33,827 nt of DNA from positions 1 to 33,827 of the IMG/VR virus record IMGVR_UViG_3300021364_000086; one strand, 5' to 3'. The notes under the pieces were generated by a model. The model was not told the DNA's origin. It was given only the letters and a program-made list of their open reading frames with translations, and did no database searches. This document shows, piece by piece, positions 33,827-33,827 of the stretch. The stretch is from a virus (taxonomy: Duplodnaviria; Caudoviricetes). The translations under genes were made by a program, and so were the position numbers. Numbering within the stretch: the stretch's first letter is position 1; each line of letters opens with the position of its first letter.

Positions 33827-33827
33827 G

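Noticed and set aside
1-33827. Assignment as a cyanophage because of the phycobiliprotein-like domains
   Set aside because: No photosynthesis or bilin-biosynthesis genes or other host markers lie in this window, so the host cannot be inferred.
1-33827. tRNA genes, introns, inteins, homing endonucleases or transposases
   Set aside because: Intergenic gaps are short and explained by promoters, leaders and terminators. No cloverleaf, LAGLIDADG/HNH/GIY-YIG or intein motifs were recognised by eye.

Overview
This window is a virion-morphogenesis region of a large T4-like (myovirus) phage. On the minus strand, right to left, it encodes the prohead protease (gp21-like, cut off by the window edge), scaffold (gp22), major capsid protein (gp23), a degenerate cold-shock protein and three small virion-type proteins, one interrupted by an in-frame TGA. 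Next come two paralogous giant fibre-like proteins (2620 aa and 3567 aa, the latter with a C-terminal S74-type chaperone). These are followed by an operon of an unannotated 54-aa peptide, a hypothetical protein, a GT2-like glycosyltransferase and a 1496-aa protein made of tandem degenerate glycosyltransferase-like repeats. The left end holds the neck and tail-completion genes (gp13, gp14, gp15), a Nudix hydrolase, a DUF3310-like early gene and the start of the tail sheath gene (gp18). The most striking observation is that the two giant fibres together carry 13 alpha-helical domains resembling phycobiliprotein subunits. All 13 keep the Cys and Asp of the bilin-attachment motif C-x-R-D (Cys84/Arg86/Asp87 of alpha-phycocyanin), and 12 keep the Arg. 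This suggests a possibly pigment-bearing virion appendage. A second candidate system is the fibre-tip peptide plus glycosyltransferase operon. All homology calls come from motif recognition by eye; no searches were run, and the host cannot be determined from this window.
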